Part shown: in pieces, positions 1 to 9,861 of the stretch
Numbering within the stretch: the stretch's first letter is position 1
Layout: each line of letters opens with the position of its first letter
Source: an uncultured delta proteobacterium
Lineage (GTDB): Bacteria > Desulfobacterota > Desulfuromonadia > Geobacterales > DSM-12255
DNA: 64,000 bases
Direction: 5' to 3'
Assembly: GCA_963787125.1 (NCBI GenBank)
Contig: CAWBBV010000014.1
Span: 32,001-96,000 of the forward strand
Position numbers and translations under genes: made by a program
Notes under the pieces: generated by a model
The model's database searches: none
The model's input: only the letters and a program-made list of their open reading frames with translations
Told to the model about the DNA's origin: nothing

Positions 1-1132
1 CTCGCCACCCCATGAAAAGCGCGATCAGAATTGTTACCGAAATAGCTGCCAGAAACATGTGGAAGAGAAGTTCATTGTTCTTCTCTTTGGCGGTCTCCCC
101 GTAGTTGCGGGTTACCGTAACCTGCACATCGGCGGGAATAACTTTCCCTTTGAGAGATTCGACCTTTTTAACCAGATCCTCAGCCACCCAGGTGGCATTG
201 GCACCCTTTCTCTTGGCTACAGAGATTGTTACCGCCGCATAATCCTGCTTGGGATTACCGCTCAGATTCTTTGCCTGGGCTCCAGGGCCCATCCCCATAA
301 ATACATAATCCTGCGGTTCCTGCAGACCATCTGTTACTGCTGCAACATCAGAGAGGTAAACCGGCTTGCCACCGAAAACACCGACAACCAGTCGTTTGAC
401 TGCTTCGGCATTTTCCAGAAAACCGCCGGTCTCTACCAAGGTCTCTTTGTTGCTACCGGCAAATGCGCCTGAAGAAAGTGAGGCATTCCCCTTGTGCAGA
501 GCGCCCGCAACCTGAAGTGGTGAAAGCCCATACCCGGCCAGACGGGGTGCGTCAAGGGTTACCCGCAACTGGCGGGATAGCCCCCCTTTAATCTCGACTT
601 CAGCACTGTTTTCACTTTTTTTCAATTCATCAGCCACTTCTCCGGCCAGACTGCGCAGTGTGCCGTGGTCATAACGCTCCGACCAAAGGGTCAGCGCCAT
701 AATCGGTACGTCGTCAATAGACTTGGGCGCCACCAGCGGCTCGCCGGCGCCCGGCGGCAGAATAGCCCGATTGCTCATGACCTTGTTGTAGAGTTTGACC
801 AGCGACTCTTCCATCGGCTGACCGACCAGAAAGCGGACCGTGATGATCCCCATGCCGGGACGGCTCATGGAGTAAAGGTACTCGACCCCCTTGATCTCCC
901 ATAGCTTGGCCTCGTAAGGCTTGACCACCCGCTCCTGCACTTCTTGCGGTGAGGAACCGGGCATCGGCAGATAGATATCCACCATCGGCACGACGATCTG
1001 CGGTTCTTCCTCACGTGGCGTCATCTTGATCGCGAACAGGCCCAGCAAAAGGGAAGCTCCGACAATCAACGGCGTTAATTTCGAATTAATAAAGGCGCGG
1101 GCTATTCTTCCGGCAAAGCCGAGATTTTCCAT
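1..1132 (-). CDS. RND efflux permease, AcrB/AcrD/AcrF family (N-terminal part; runs off the left edge)
   Basis: Manual translation from ATG 1132: MENLGFAGRIARAFINSKLTPLIVGASLLLGLFAIKMTPREEEPQIVVPMVDI; lies directly after MFP and TolC genes. Confidence 0.9.
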   Translation of the reverse strand, partial: MENLGFAGRIARAFINSKLTPLIVGASLLLGLFAIKMTPREEEPQIVVPMVDIYLPMPGSSPQEVQERVVKPYEAKLWEIKGVEYLYSMSRPGMGIITVRFLVGQPMEESLVKLYNKVMSNRAILPPGAGEPLVAPKSIDDVPIMALTLWSERYDHGTLRSLAGEVADELKKSENSAEVEIKGGLSRQLRVTLDAPRLAGYGLSPLQVAGALHKGNASLSSGAFAGSNKETLVETGGFLENAEAVKRLVVGVFGGKPVYLSDVAAVTDGLQEPQDYVFMGMGPGAQAKNLSGNPKQDYAAVTISVAKRKGANATWVAEDLVKKVESLKGKVIPADVQVTVTRNYGETAKEKNNELLFHMFLAAISVTILIALFMGWR

Positions 1133-1135
1133 GAC

Positions 1136-2281
1136 CTATTCCACCTTTGTCCCTTCGCTGATTTTTTCAGCACCGCTGCTGATGAGTCTTTCGCCATCCA
1201 TAAGACCAGAGAGTATTTCCACTTTGTCACCAAGGGCCTTGCCGACCTTGACCAGTCGCATATGGGCGATGCTATCCTTGTCCACCACCCAAACTGAGGT
1301 CATGGCACCGCGATCGATAACGGCTTTCCGTGCCACAGCCATGCCTTTAACTGTGGATTCAAGCGTGATTGTCCCTCTGCCGAACATCCCGGACTTTAAA
1401 CCTCCCTGATTCAGGCCAACTTTTGCAGTGAAAGTGCGGCTGGCCGGATCAGCTGTAGGAACTATTTCGGAAATTCGTGATGTAAATGAACTATTGAGTG
1501 CATCCAGAGTTATCTGCACAGGAGCTCCCGGCTTGACTCTGACTGCCATGGATTCCGGTATGGCTAGATCGAGTTGATAACTCCCCTCATCCTCAATGGT
1601 CATTACGGGTTGGCCAGGGAAGACGGTTGCGCCCAGATCGGCCGGCTTGCTGGTGATGATTCCTGAGATAGGAGCAATAATCTTCGTGTAATCCGCCATG
1701 GTGCCGGCAGCCTTTGACCCCTCTTGAGCCTGTTTCAAACGCGCTTCGGCACGGGCAACTCCCTGGGTAGACAGCTCTTTTTCGGTCTGCTTGACATCAA
1801 ACTCCTGGCGTGTGATGGCCTGCTCCTTAAAGAGCTGCTGGTAGCGCTCGAAGGTAGCGTCAGCCAGTTTCTTGCGGGACACGGACTCGTTCAGGCTGCG
1901 TCGTGCTTCCTCGATTCCGGCAACAGCGACTGCTGCATTTGCCTGGTTTTCCTGAGCATCAAGCTGGGCCAGCAGCTGTCCTTTATGCACCCGATCACCC
2001 TCGCGCACCTTCAGCACGCTGATGATACCGGGTATGCGCGCTGCAACCAGTGCACTGGTACGGGACCGAACCGTCCCAACCACTTCGAGTGATTCCTGCA
2101 TGGTGGCTGTTGCTACTGTTTCCAGAAGCACGCCTTTGACAACCTGAGGGGCAGCGGCATCTTTTTTTCCACCCTCTTCATGCTTTTTGCCACAGCCGCC
2201 TAAAGCGAGGAGAACCAGGATCATCGCTATAACGCTGCCAGGTCCGTACACAGTTTTGTACACCGATCTATTCAAGATCAT
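1136..2281 (-). CDS. RND efflux periplasmic adaptor (membrane fusion lipoprotein)
   Basis: Lipobox LALGGC, lipoyl-like GDRVHKGQLLAQLD, IAPISG motif. Confidence 0.92.
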   Translation of the reverse strand: MILNRSVYKTVYGPGSVIAMILVLLALGGCGKKHEEGGKKDAAAPQVVKGVLLETVATATMQESLEVVGTVRSRTSALVAARIPGIISVLKVREGDRVHKGQLLAQLDAQENQANAAVAVAGIEEARRSLNESVSRKKLADATFERYQQLFKEQAITRQEFDVKQTEKELSTQGVARAEARLKQAQEGSKAAGTMADYTKIIAPISGIITSKPADLGATVFPGQPVMTIEDEGSYQLDLAIPESMAVRVKPGAPVQITLDALNSSFTSRISEIVPTADPASRTFTAKVGLNQGGLKSGMFGRGTITLESTVKGMAVARKAVIDRGAMTSVWVVDKDSIAHMRLVKVGKALGDKVEILSGLMDGERLISSGAEKISEGTKVE

Positions 2282-3621
2282 TTGGTTATCTCCTTCAGAA
2301 AAGTTCCTGCAGTAAAATAGACATAGCCTTTGGCCAGAGCATAATTAGCTTCCGACTCGACAAGTTCGTTCCTGGTCTGGTTGAGTACGGTCTGGGCATC
2401 AAGCAGCTCGATCATTATCGCCATTGAATTCTCAAAACGCCTGGTCAGCAGGCGCACTGTCTCTTCGGCATCTTGAAGGACATTTTTGGCAACTTCCAGA
2501 CGCTTACCCATTTCCGTACTCCGCAGATAGCTTTCCCTGATTCGCAGCGATGCATCACGTTTTGCATGCTCACGCAATTCCATTGTGGCGGCCTTTTCTG
2601 CTGTGGTCTTGTTCAGTTCACTGGCGCGACGGAAGCCATCAAACAGTTCCCAGGTGAGAGCAACTCCGGCAGTCCAGGAATTGTTGTCGGCCGCAAAGGG
2701 GGTATCTTTGGAATTTAATTGGTAGGAAGCATAGGCACCGACCAAGGGCAAGTAACTGCTGTTGGCAAGCCGCAGGGCGGCATCTGCTTTTTCACTTTCC
2801 GCCCGGGACAACTTTACTTCCGTTCTGTTATCAAGTGCAGCACTGACCAGTTCTTCACTGTTTTGCGGTAATGGAATGCCAATTATCGTTGCCTCGTTAA
2901 TGTCGATAGTGTCTTTTTCGTTGAGGCCAATGAGATCGACTAACTGCATTTTGGCAATGGTGAAATTATTCTCAGCGCTGATGAGTTGTTGCTCGTTTGC
3001 AGAGAGGTTTGTCCGGGCTCTCAATTCGTCGGAGCGTAAGCCGATACCTGCCTGCTTACGTACTTCGGTGAGCCTGAGGTTTTCCCGGGCGGCGCTGATT
3101 GCCTGCTCAGCTGCTCTGATACGGGCCTGAGCTTTTTGAACATCGAGGTATACCTTGAGCACTCTAAAGGCTGTTTCCTGTTTTGAGCCTTCAAGCCTTG
3201 TGTCTTTAATCCTGGAATCCTGAACAGCCATTTCCCGCGCAGGAGCAATGGATGGATCAAAGATAGTCTGCCTGACGGTGACAGCTGTTTTAAAGTCATG
3301 CTCCTCGCCTGGATTATTGAGGTTGTTAATCACAAAGTCGCTCTGGCTGAAGCGGCCCTCATCCAGTTTCATCATGAACGTTTGTGTCGGCGAGTTGGAT
3401 GCGGTGAAGCTCTCATTGAAAGAGACCGCCGGATAGTAGCGGGATGTGGCGATGTCAATACCCTGCCGGCCAGCTTCAGCGGTAAACCCGGCTGCCCGTA
3501 CCAGACTGTTTTTTTCAACAGCCATAGTGACGGCCTCCTTCAAACTCAGCCGGTATGATTCTGCCCAGGCGACGCGACTGCTTGCAACGATTAAGGAAAT
3601 AATAAAAATATACCTGATCAT
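2278..3621 (-). CDS. TolC-family outer membrane efflux protein
   Basis: Signal peptide and OEP-like helical repeats; GAGGAG RBS before ATG 3621; first gene of the RND operon. Confidence 0.9.
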   Translation of the reverse strand: MIRYIFIISLIVASSRVAWAESYRLSLKEAVTMAVEKNSLVRAAGFTAEAGRQGIDIATSRYYPAVSFNESFTASNSPTQTFMMKLDEGRFSQSDFVINNLNNPGEEHDFKTAVTVRQTIFDPSIAPAREMAVQDSRIKDTRLEGSKQETAFRVLKVYLDVQKAQARIRAAEQAISAARENLRLTEVRKQAGIGLRSDELRARTNLSANEQQLISAENNFTIAKMQLVDLIGLNEKDTIDINEATIIGIPLPQNSEELVSAALDNRTEVKLSRAESEKADAALRLANSSYLPLVGAYASYQLNSKDTPFAADNNSWTAGVALTWELFDGFRRASELNKTTAEKAATMELREHAKRDASLRIRESYLRSTEMGKRLEVAKNVLQDAEETVRLLTRRFENSMAIMIELLDAQTVLNQTRNELVESEANYALAKGYVYFTAGTFLKEITK

Positions 3622-3644
3622 AGGAGCTCCTCGCATCTTGAATT

Positions 3645-3686
3645 CATATAAATATATATATAGTAATTTATATGTTTATATGTCAA
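3645..3686 (-). promoter_or_regulatory. Putative sigma70 promoter with overlapping inverted repeat for the tolC-MFP-RND operon
   Basis: TTGACA on the minus strand (3681-3686); inverted repeat CATATAAAT (3645-3653) / ATTTATATG (3666-3674). Confidence 0.5.
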
Positions 3687-3823
3687 CAAAATTCTAAGGT
3701 CTACTCTGTTAAAATCTGTCGGTGCTTCTATATGACAGCAGAACAGAGAATTGCCAGGCAAATTGAGCTATGCATCACGGTAAATATATCTCTATCCTAT
3801 AATGCCTCAGAGAACCGTTCACG

Positions 3824-3938
3824 ATATTACCGTACGGAAATATATTTCAGATTATCATTGCTTTTCTGCATATATATCCGTACAGATATATTAACCTTCT
3901 ACTTGCCAGTAATATGCAGATTATGTCCGTTCGAACAT
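3824..3938 (+). promoter_or_regulatory. Three imperfect palindromic operators upstream of hipBA module 1
   Basis: ATATTACCGTACGGAAATAT (3824), ATATATCCGTACAGATATAT (3872), TTATGTCCGTTCGAACAT (3921); centres 48-49 bp apart. Confidence 0.65.
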
Positions 3939-3947
3939 GGAGTGACT

Positions 3948-4217
3948 ATGAAAACTGCTGAGACGATTGCTCACGATAACTTATACGGTAGAATTACCAC
4001 CTCTCATGAAATCGGCAGGATTATCCGTGCCAAGCGTAAGGAGATCGGCGTCAAACAGGATGCTGCTGCCGGCTTGTCCGGGGTGGGTACCAAGTTCCTA
4101 TCTCAACTTGAAAACGGTAAAGAAACCGCTGAGCTTGGTAAAACACTCCAGGTTCTGAAGAAACTGGGGCTGGAGGTTTACATCTTCCCGCGTTCCGCCA
4201 ATCCGCTCAAGGCATGA
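3948..4217 (+). CDS. hipB: HipB-like XRE/HTH antitoxin (module 1)
   Basis: HTH GVKQDAAAGLSGVGTKFLSQLENGK; GGAG RBS before ATG 3948; directly upstream of hipA. Confidence 0.85.
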   Translation: MKTAETIAHDNLYGRITTSHEIGRIIRAKRKEIGVKQDAAAGLSGVGTKFLSQLENGKETAELGKTLQVLKKLGLEVYIFPRSANPLKA

Positions 4218-4221
4218 TTCC

Positions 4222-5466
4222 ATGAAAAGCACTCTCTCCGTATACATCGGCATGAAACTGGCTGGAGCGCTTATGCGTGACGGCGTGACCCTTTCTTTCG
4301 CGTATGATCCTGATTACCTGAATAGTCAGGCCCCCCTTCCCCTTTCGCGACAACTGCCGTTACAGTCAGCACCTTTTGGCGATAGTGCAGCGAAGTCATT
4401 CTTTGCCAATCTGCTCCCCGAAGGTGCTATCCGCATTCAGGTTGCCCGGCAGGTTGGAGTTTCGCCCGAAAACGTCTTCGGCCTGCTCGAAGCGATTGCT
4501 GGTGACTGCGCCGGGGCTCTATCACTTGCAAATCCTGACAGCAACTGTGCAGCCATTGGTCATTACCGACCGATAACTGCAGATGCACTTGCACTGGAGC
4601 TTGCGAATCTGCCGGTTCATCCCTTTCTGGCAGGTGAAGATGGAGTCAGACTGTCACTGGCCGGCGCCCAGAACAAGCTTCCGGTCTATTATGACGGTAA
4701 CGACTATTTCATCCCCGAAGGGATCAACCCGTCTTCACACATTATCAAAACAGCTATCTTCCAACTGGAGAATAGTGTTGCCAATGAAGCCTTTTGTATG
4801 AACCTGGCGGCAAGAGTCGGTCTTCCGGTCCCAATTGCTGAGGTTGTCACTCTCGGCAATGAACCGGCATACATGGTAGAGCGCTATGATCGGAAGCACA
4901 CCGCTATCGGCATAATTGAGCGCCTGCACCAGGAGGATTTCTGTCAGGCTCTAGGGATAGCGCCGGAGATTAAATACGAAAAGGAGGGTGGACCAGGATT
5001 TCAGGATTGCTTCCAGTTGGTCGAGGAATGGAGCAGTGAACCTTTATTGGACATCCAGCTTCTTCTTAACTGGTCATTGTTCAACTTCATCATCGGTAAT
5101 GCTGACGCGCATGGTAAAAACCTGTCTTTTCTCTATAAAGATGGAATCGTCAGACTGGCGCCGTTTTACGACATCATCAGCACTGCCGTGTATGAACGAA
5201 TCAACAACAAGTTTGCCATGAAGATGGGAGGACAGAGTGACCCTCGCTATCTTCAGTCGAGCGATCTGAAACATTTTGCTGCTGAAATCGGCATAGACAT
5301 CCGCATTGTTAAAAGTTCATTGAGACAAACGGCTGAAAGAGTCGAAGTTGCAGCAGAAATTCTGGCAGACGAATACAGAACAGTATCCGGAACCGCAGCT
5401 ATTATTGACGACATCCAGAGAGTTATCAGCCGTCGTATTGGCAAGGCGCGGACTATAGCAACATGA
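4222..5466 (+). CDS. hipA: HipA family Ser/Thr kinase toxin (module 1)
   Basis: FANLLPEG, SLAGAQNK P-loop, LHQEDFCQ, NADAHGKN, LAPFYD. Confidence 0.95.
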   Translation: MKSTLSVYIGMKLAGALMRDGVTLSFAYDPDYLNSQAPLPLSRQLPLQSAPFGDSAAKSFFANLLPEGAIRIQVARQVGVSPENVFGLLEAIAGDCAGALSLANPDSNCAAIGHYRPITADALALELANLPVHPFLAGEDGVRLSLAGAQNKLPVYYDGNDYFIPEGINPSSHIIKTAIFQLENSVANEAFCMNLAARVGLPVPIAEVVTLGNEPAYMVERYDRKHTAIGIIERLHQEDFCQALGIAPEIKYEKEGGPGFQDCFQLVEEWSSEPLLDIQLLLNWSLFNFIIGNADAHGKNLSFLYKDGIVRLAPFYDIISTAVYERINNKFAMKMGGQSDPRYLQSSDLKHFAAEIGIDIRIVKSSLRQTAERVEVAAEILADEYRTVSGTAAIIDDIQRVISRRIGKARTIAT

Positions 5467-5901
5467 GATAAAATCTGCCGTCCCCTTTTGACATACAGAA
5501 CAACAACACAGAAAAAATCTGAATAGTTTACCTGATTAGCGCCAATCTTCAGCAAGTCTGAGGAAGTGCTCTGGACGCTTTCAAATGGTGGCTGCCGAAT
5601 AGACCAGGCTGCTCAGTATACCACGTCTGCTGTTGACACTCATGTCAGACACATGGAGTCGACTTCGCTCTGTGCTGGTTCTTTTTGATTCATTGTTCAT
5701 CGTGGTGTAATTCGTTCGCTGGTTCTTTATTCGGTTAGTACTCAGTTTTGCATTATATTCTACATATAGTACATAGATACCACTATATTGGTCAATAGTT
5801 TCTATAAAGGCCATACTAGCGAATTGCGCTTGATTTTAGTGTGGACTTTTATAGGGCTATTGAGTATTGTTTAATCTATATTAGCCTATTGAGAGATCTT
5901 T

Positions 5902-6231
5902 ATGTCAAGTTACCAAACAGTCGAAGAATTTGAGCAAATCCTGGGGGAGCAAATACGCACCCTGAGATTGATGCGCAATATTGATCAACGCGAGCTTGCA
6001 GCGCAGGCAGGTATTGCCCTTAATGCTGTCAAGAGACTTGAATCAGGCAAAACATCAACGTCTCATACCTTGATAAGCGTGCTGAGAGTCTTGGGGCGCA
6101 CAGACTGGTTAACCTCTCTTTCCCCGAAAATATCGATAAATCCGCTAACTATGGCCAATCTGAAAACACCAAGACAACGAGTGTTTAAGGAGAGAAAGTC
6201 GCGTAAAGGGACAACAGATGGCGACGTATAA
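5902..6231 (+). CDS. XRE-family HTH antitoxin (module 2)
   Basis: HTH QRELAAQAGIALNAVKRLESG; overlaps the start of the downstream hipA-type gene. Confidence 0.85.
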   Translation: MSSYQTVEEFEQILGEQIRTLRLMRNIDQRELAAQAGIALNAVKRLESGKTSTSHTLISVLRVLGRTDWLTSLSPKISINPLTMANLKTPRQRVFKERKSRKGTTDGDV

Positions 6232-7514
6232 ACCAGTCAATCGAATAGAGGTGGATATTTGGGGAACCCCTGTTGGTGCAGTGATGAGAGATCCTGGCAG
6301 CGGGTACTATGTATTTGCCTACCATCCTGATTTTATCAAGTCGGGGGTTGAACTGGCGCCGCTCACTATGCCGGTGAAAACATTTAGCCCGTATGTTTTT
6401 GCCTACCTGCCGGAGTTGACTTATAAACGCTTGCCCGCCATGCTGGCGGACTGCCTGCCGGATGATTTTGGAAACAGCCTGATTGATGCGTGGATGGCGC
6501 GGCGCGGTATCCGGAAAGAGAATATTACCCCTCTTGACCGCTTGGCCTACATGGGAAAAAGAGGGATGGGGGCGCTGGAATTTCGACCGGCCAGATCTCC
6601 TTATACTGAAAGCAGTACAGCAATAAAGTTGTCAAAACTGGTTGAAATTGCCAGAGTTGCAATCCATGGGGACTTGAACAATGATGCGCTGGCAGAGTCG
6701 GCGCTGCAGCAGATCATCCAGGTTGGCACCTCTGCCGGTGGTGCTCGTGCAAAGGCCGCCATCGCCTGGCATCCTCATACCAATGAAGTCCGGGCCGGTC
6801 AATTCAATGTGGCTGACGGTTTCGAGCATTGGCTTCTTAAATTCGACGGAATTGGGTCTGATCCAGCTCTTGGCAGCTCAAGAGACTATGGCCGGATCGA
6901 ATACGCCTACTATCGAATGGCGTGTCTTGCCGGGATCATCATGTCTCCAAGCCGCTTGCTGGAAGAAAATGGCCGGGCGCACTTTATGACCAAACGTTTT
7001 GACCGGCATGATAATAAGAAAATCCATATGCAGACACTTTGCTCACTGGGGCACCTCGATTTCAAGCAAAAGGCCACCCACGATTATAGCCAGCTATTCA
7101 TGATAATTGATCAGCTTGGGCTTGATTACGCTGCAAAAGAAGAGGCATTCCGGCGGATGATCTTTAATGTCCTGGCGGCAAATTGTGATGACCATACAAA
7201 GAATATTTCTTTCCTGTTAAAGCAGGGAGGGAGCTGGGAGTTGGCGCCAGCCTATGACGTAACCCACGCATATAGCCCAACCAGTGAATGGACCCATCAA
7301 CACCTTATGTCGGTCAATGGCAAATTTAAAGGCATTACCCTGGCTGATGTGACAGAGGTTGCGAACCGGTTTGGTATAGGAACCATGGCAAAAGTCATTA
7401 AGCAGGTTGAAAGCTGCTGTGGTAGAGTGGCCAATACTTGCCAAGGAAGCGGGTGTTGATCCTTCTGAAATACTGCGGATTAGTGCAGACCATAAGAGTG
7501 TAAGCCTTAAATAG
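6218..7514 (+). CDS. HipA-family kinase toxin (module 2), apparent +1 frameshift near 7410
   Basis: LPDDFGN, TSAGGARAK, NCDDHTKN, LAPAYD. The ORF as read stops at 7459; removing one base gives the plausible C-terminus VEAAVVEWPILAKEAGV...SLK* ending at 7514. Confidence 0.85.
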
Positions 7515-7555
7515 TGTCCAGCCGGAAACCCGAGTTTGAGACGCACCGGCCTTCC
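7514..7555. mobile_element. Solo terminal remnant of an ISNCY-type element
   Basis: 35/42 nt identical to the end of the intact IS at 31379-31420; preceded by TAAATA (compare TSD TACTTA). Confidence 0.75.
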
Positions 7556-8116
7556 TGTTTGATAATATTTTGCCAACGCTGACGTCAATTCAGTGGCGAT
7601 TTCCTGCCGCATTAATGCAGGGCTCAGAAGCTCAGCATCTGCACCGAATCTCATCACCCATCGTTTGATATCACCCCATCCGGAAGTTTTGATAGTCAAC
7701 TCTACAGACCCATCGGCCATATCCAGAATCTGCTGTTCTTTAGCCCAGATTCTCTCACGAATGTAAAGAGCCTGATTTGCTACAAAGCGGATTTTAACTT
7801 CTACCGGTTCTTCGAAGTATAGAGTAAACGCTAATGCCAGATACTTTTCAGGATCAAAACCCTCAGGATAATCAAATGACTTACCTGTAGATTCAACTTC
7901 CTTGATACGCTCCACTGCCAACGTTCGCACATCTCCGTAAGTCGGCACCAACACAAGTAGATAAAGCCCACCTTCCCTTTCAAAGAAATGCAGCGGTTGA
8001 ATATCGTACTGCTTAACTTTGTCATCACTGAAAATGTGATAACGGATATTGCAGATTGTGCAGTCAATTATGGCAAGAGATATCTCTTCGATAATAGTAT
8101 GTTTTGTTTGAGCCAT
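7556..8116 (-). pseudogene. WYL/WCX-domain regulator fragment (N-terminal HTH missing, 3' end fused to IS remnant)
   Basis: IQPLHFFEREGGLYL...VRTLAVERI (WYL-like) and RWVMRFGADAELLSPALMRQEI (WCX-like). Confidence 0.8.
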
Positions 8117-8117
8117 A

Positions 8118-8674
8118 ATCGGGTAGGCATCCCCCCGGACGGGTTCGTTATGTCATGAAAGCTCATTGGTGCTCCTCCCCTTTTCTATCGTTAGGCCCTT
8201 CGGCGGGGTAAGGCTTCCCAGACTCTCCCGGGCTTGTTTCCAGTTGCCGGATCGCTTGCGGCAACGGCCTTCGCCTACTATGGCTTCTGCTGACTTCTGC
8301 TCCATCACGGCAACATTTACGGTTCCGCGCCCTTCTCGCGAAGTGCATGTGAAGCGGATCTCCCCGGATAAGAACGTGAACTGTTGCTACACAACCGCAG
8401 CATTTATTTAGGCCCTGTGGGTCCCATTTCTCCTGAATCCGTGGGACTCGTCATGTTGTACCCAAGGGCATAAATGCTGACTTGCCCGGATGATGGCCTT
8501 TATGCTGTTTCTGTTCGTCGGCTCATAGCTTTGCGCTCCGGCTTCCTCCAGACCCCTCCTCGCAGAGACGCCCTTGCTTTCGGCTAGCACTTGGTTTACG
8601 CTGTCTCGCGACAGTGTTGGATTCACCGTACAGGGGACTTGCACCCCATAAGTTCACGCCCATGACGGGCGTAC
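8118..8674 (-). mobile_element. Group IIC intron, internally deleted (no RT ORF, no domain V)
   Basis: 5' end GTACGCCCGTCATGGGCGTGAACTTATGGGGTGCAAGTCCC; IIC-like D1-D3 motifs; RBS GGAGGAG plus ATG AGC TTT CAT (ORF start), then joined directly to a 3' end CCTACCCGAT. Confidence 0.8.
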
Positions 8675-8725
8675 ACCAGCCGGTTGGACGCCGCCCCAAA
8701 AGACCGGGCGGGTCAACCGGGCACC
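8675..8725 (+). other. attC-like hairpin interrupted by the intron
   Basis: Rejoined exons give CCATAAC-CAGCC-GGTTGGAC...GTCAACC with inner CCGCCC/GGGCGG stem; the expected R' GTT is absent. Confidence 0.5.
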
Positions 8726-8740
8726 CCGATGGAAGACCAA

Positions 8741-9691
8741 ATGAACCATACTGCTTTTGAAAAACTTCTTATCAGCTCTCCTTTTATCCTCGGTGAAGGC
8801 GCGGTCATCGAACGTCTACGCCGCAACACCGATCTGGAGCTTGACCCTTTTCTGGTCAATTCTGCTTTTATCTATGACGATGTGAAGCGGTCGTTACTGG
8901 AAACCATCTGCCGACAGTACCTGGATATTGGTCGCGAGTTGGACGTGCCACTGCTGATGTCTACCCCTACCTGGCGAGCGAGCCAGGAAAGGATCGCTGC
9001 GGCCGGTCTGTCCGGGATAGACGTGAACGGCGATAATGTCAGGTTTCTTGATACACTGCGGGAAAGTTACGGAGGGTACGCAGAGAAGGTCGTCATCTGT
9101 GGCCTGATGAGTTGCCGCGGAGATGCCTACAAACCTGCCGAGGCGCTGCCCGTTGAAGAGGCTCAGATGTACCACACGTGGCAGGCCCGGAAACTTGCTG
9201 ATGCTGGTGTTGATTTTATGCTCGCAGCAACTCTCCCGGCCTGTTGCGAGGCTACTGGCCTAGCGCTTGCTCTTGCCGCCACAGGTCGGCCATACATTAT
9301 CAGTTTTATTGTCCGCCCAGAAGGAACTCTGTTGGATGGCACGCCACTGAAAGATGCCATCATGGCAATCGACGATACCGTGACCCCACAGCCATTGGCC
9401 TACATGATCAACTGTAGCCATGCATCATTTGCAAGAGCAGCACTCTTGCACGGGTCCAACTCATCATCCCTTGTTCGGCAGAGGGTAATCGGTCTCCTTG
9501 CAAATACTGCCGCTCTCAGCCCCGAAGAGCTGAATGAAAGTACCAGCCTGGTGGAGGAAGTTCCGGAAGTCTTCGGCAAACACGTGGCAGCGTTACACCG
9601 GGAACTTGGTTTGAAGATACTGGGTGGCTGCTGCGGGACCGATGAGCGCCATATCCGTTCTTTGGGCACCCAGCTTGTAGCCGGCGGATAA
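8741..9691 (+). CDS. Homocysteine S-methyltransferase family protein
   Basis: TPTWRAS, INCSH and GGCCGT zinc-binding motifs; start 8741 or 8729. Confidence 0.88.
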   Translation: MNHTAFEKLLISSPFILGEGAVIERLRRNTDLELDPFLVNSAFIYDDVKRSLLETICRQYLDIGRELDVPLLMSTPTWRASQERIAAAGLSGIDVNGDNVRFLDTLRESYGGYAEKVVICGLMSCRGDAYKPAEALPVEEAQMYHTWQARKLADAGVDFMLAATLPACCEATGLALALAATGRPYIISFIVRPEGTLLDGTPLKDAIMAIDDTVTPQPLAYMINCSHASFARAALLHGSNSSSLVRQRVIGLLANTAALSPEELNESTSLVEEVPEVFGKHVAALHRELGLKILGGCCGTDERHIRSLGTQLVAGG

Positions 9692-9861
9692 TTCACTTGC
9701 TGACAGCATACAACAACTTGAAAGCTTTTTGGTCCTTCGCATATTCACATTCAAGGAAACGGGATGGTTCAACTCTCGCTTGGTCTCGGTCGCGGCGGAA
9801 CACCAAGTATCATTACTATTGGTGCAACCAACGTTATCAAGAAAGGTTTCAATCATCTAAT

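Noticed and set aside
3672..3947. Long N-terminal extensions of hipB ORFs (also 36296..36595)
   Set aside because: They span promoter and operator DNA; the HTH proteins begin at 3948 and 36596
7217..7555. C-terminal ~110 aa of the 299-aa WYL ORF
   Set aside because: Read-through across the IS relic and antisense to hipA2; not part of a real protein
8118..8674. Retron, DGR or active retroelement
   Set aside because: No reverse transcriptase ORF in the window; the short ORFs 8163..8348, 8166..8411 and 8408..8644 are chance frames within intron RNA
9695..9860. ORF 9593..9856 and possible gene remnant
   Set aside because: Overlaps the methyltransferase end and shows no recognisable family in any frame
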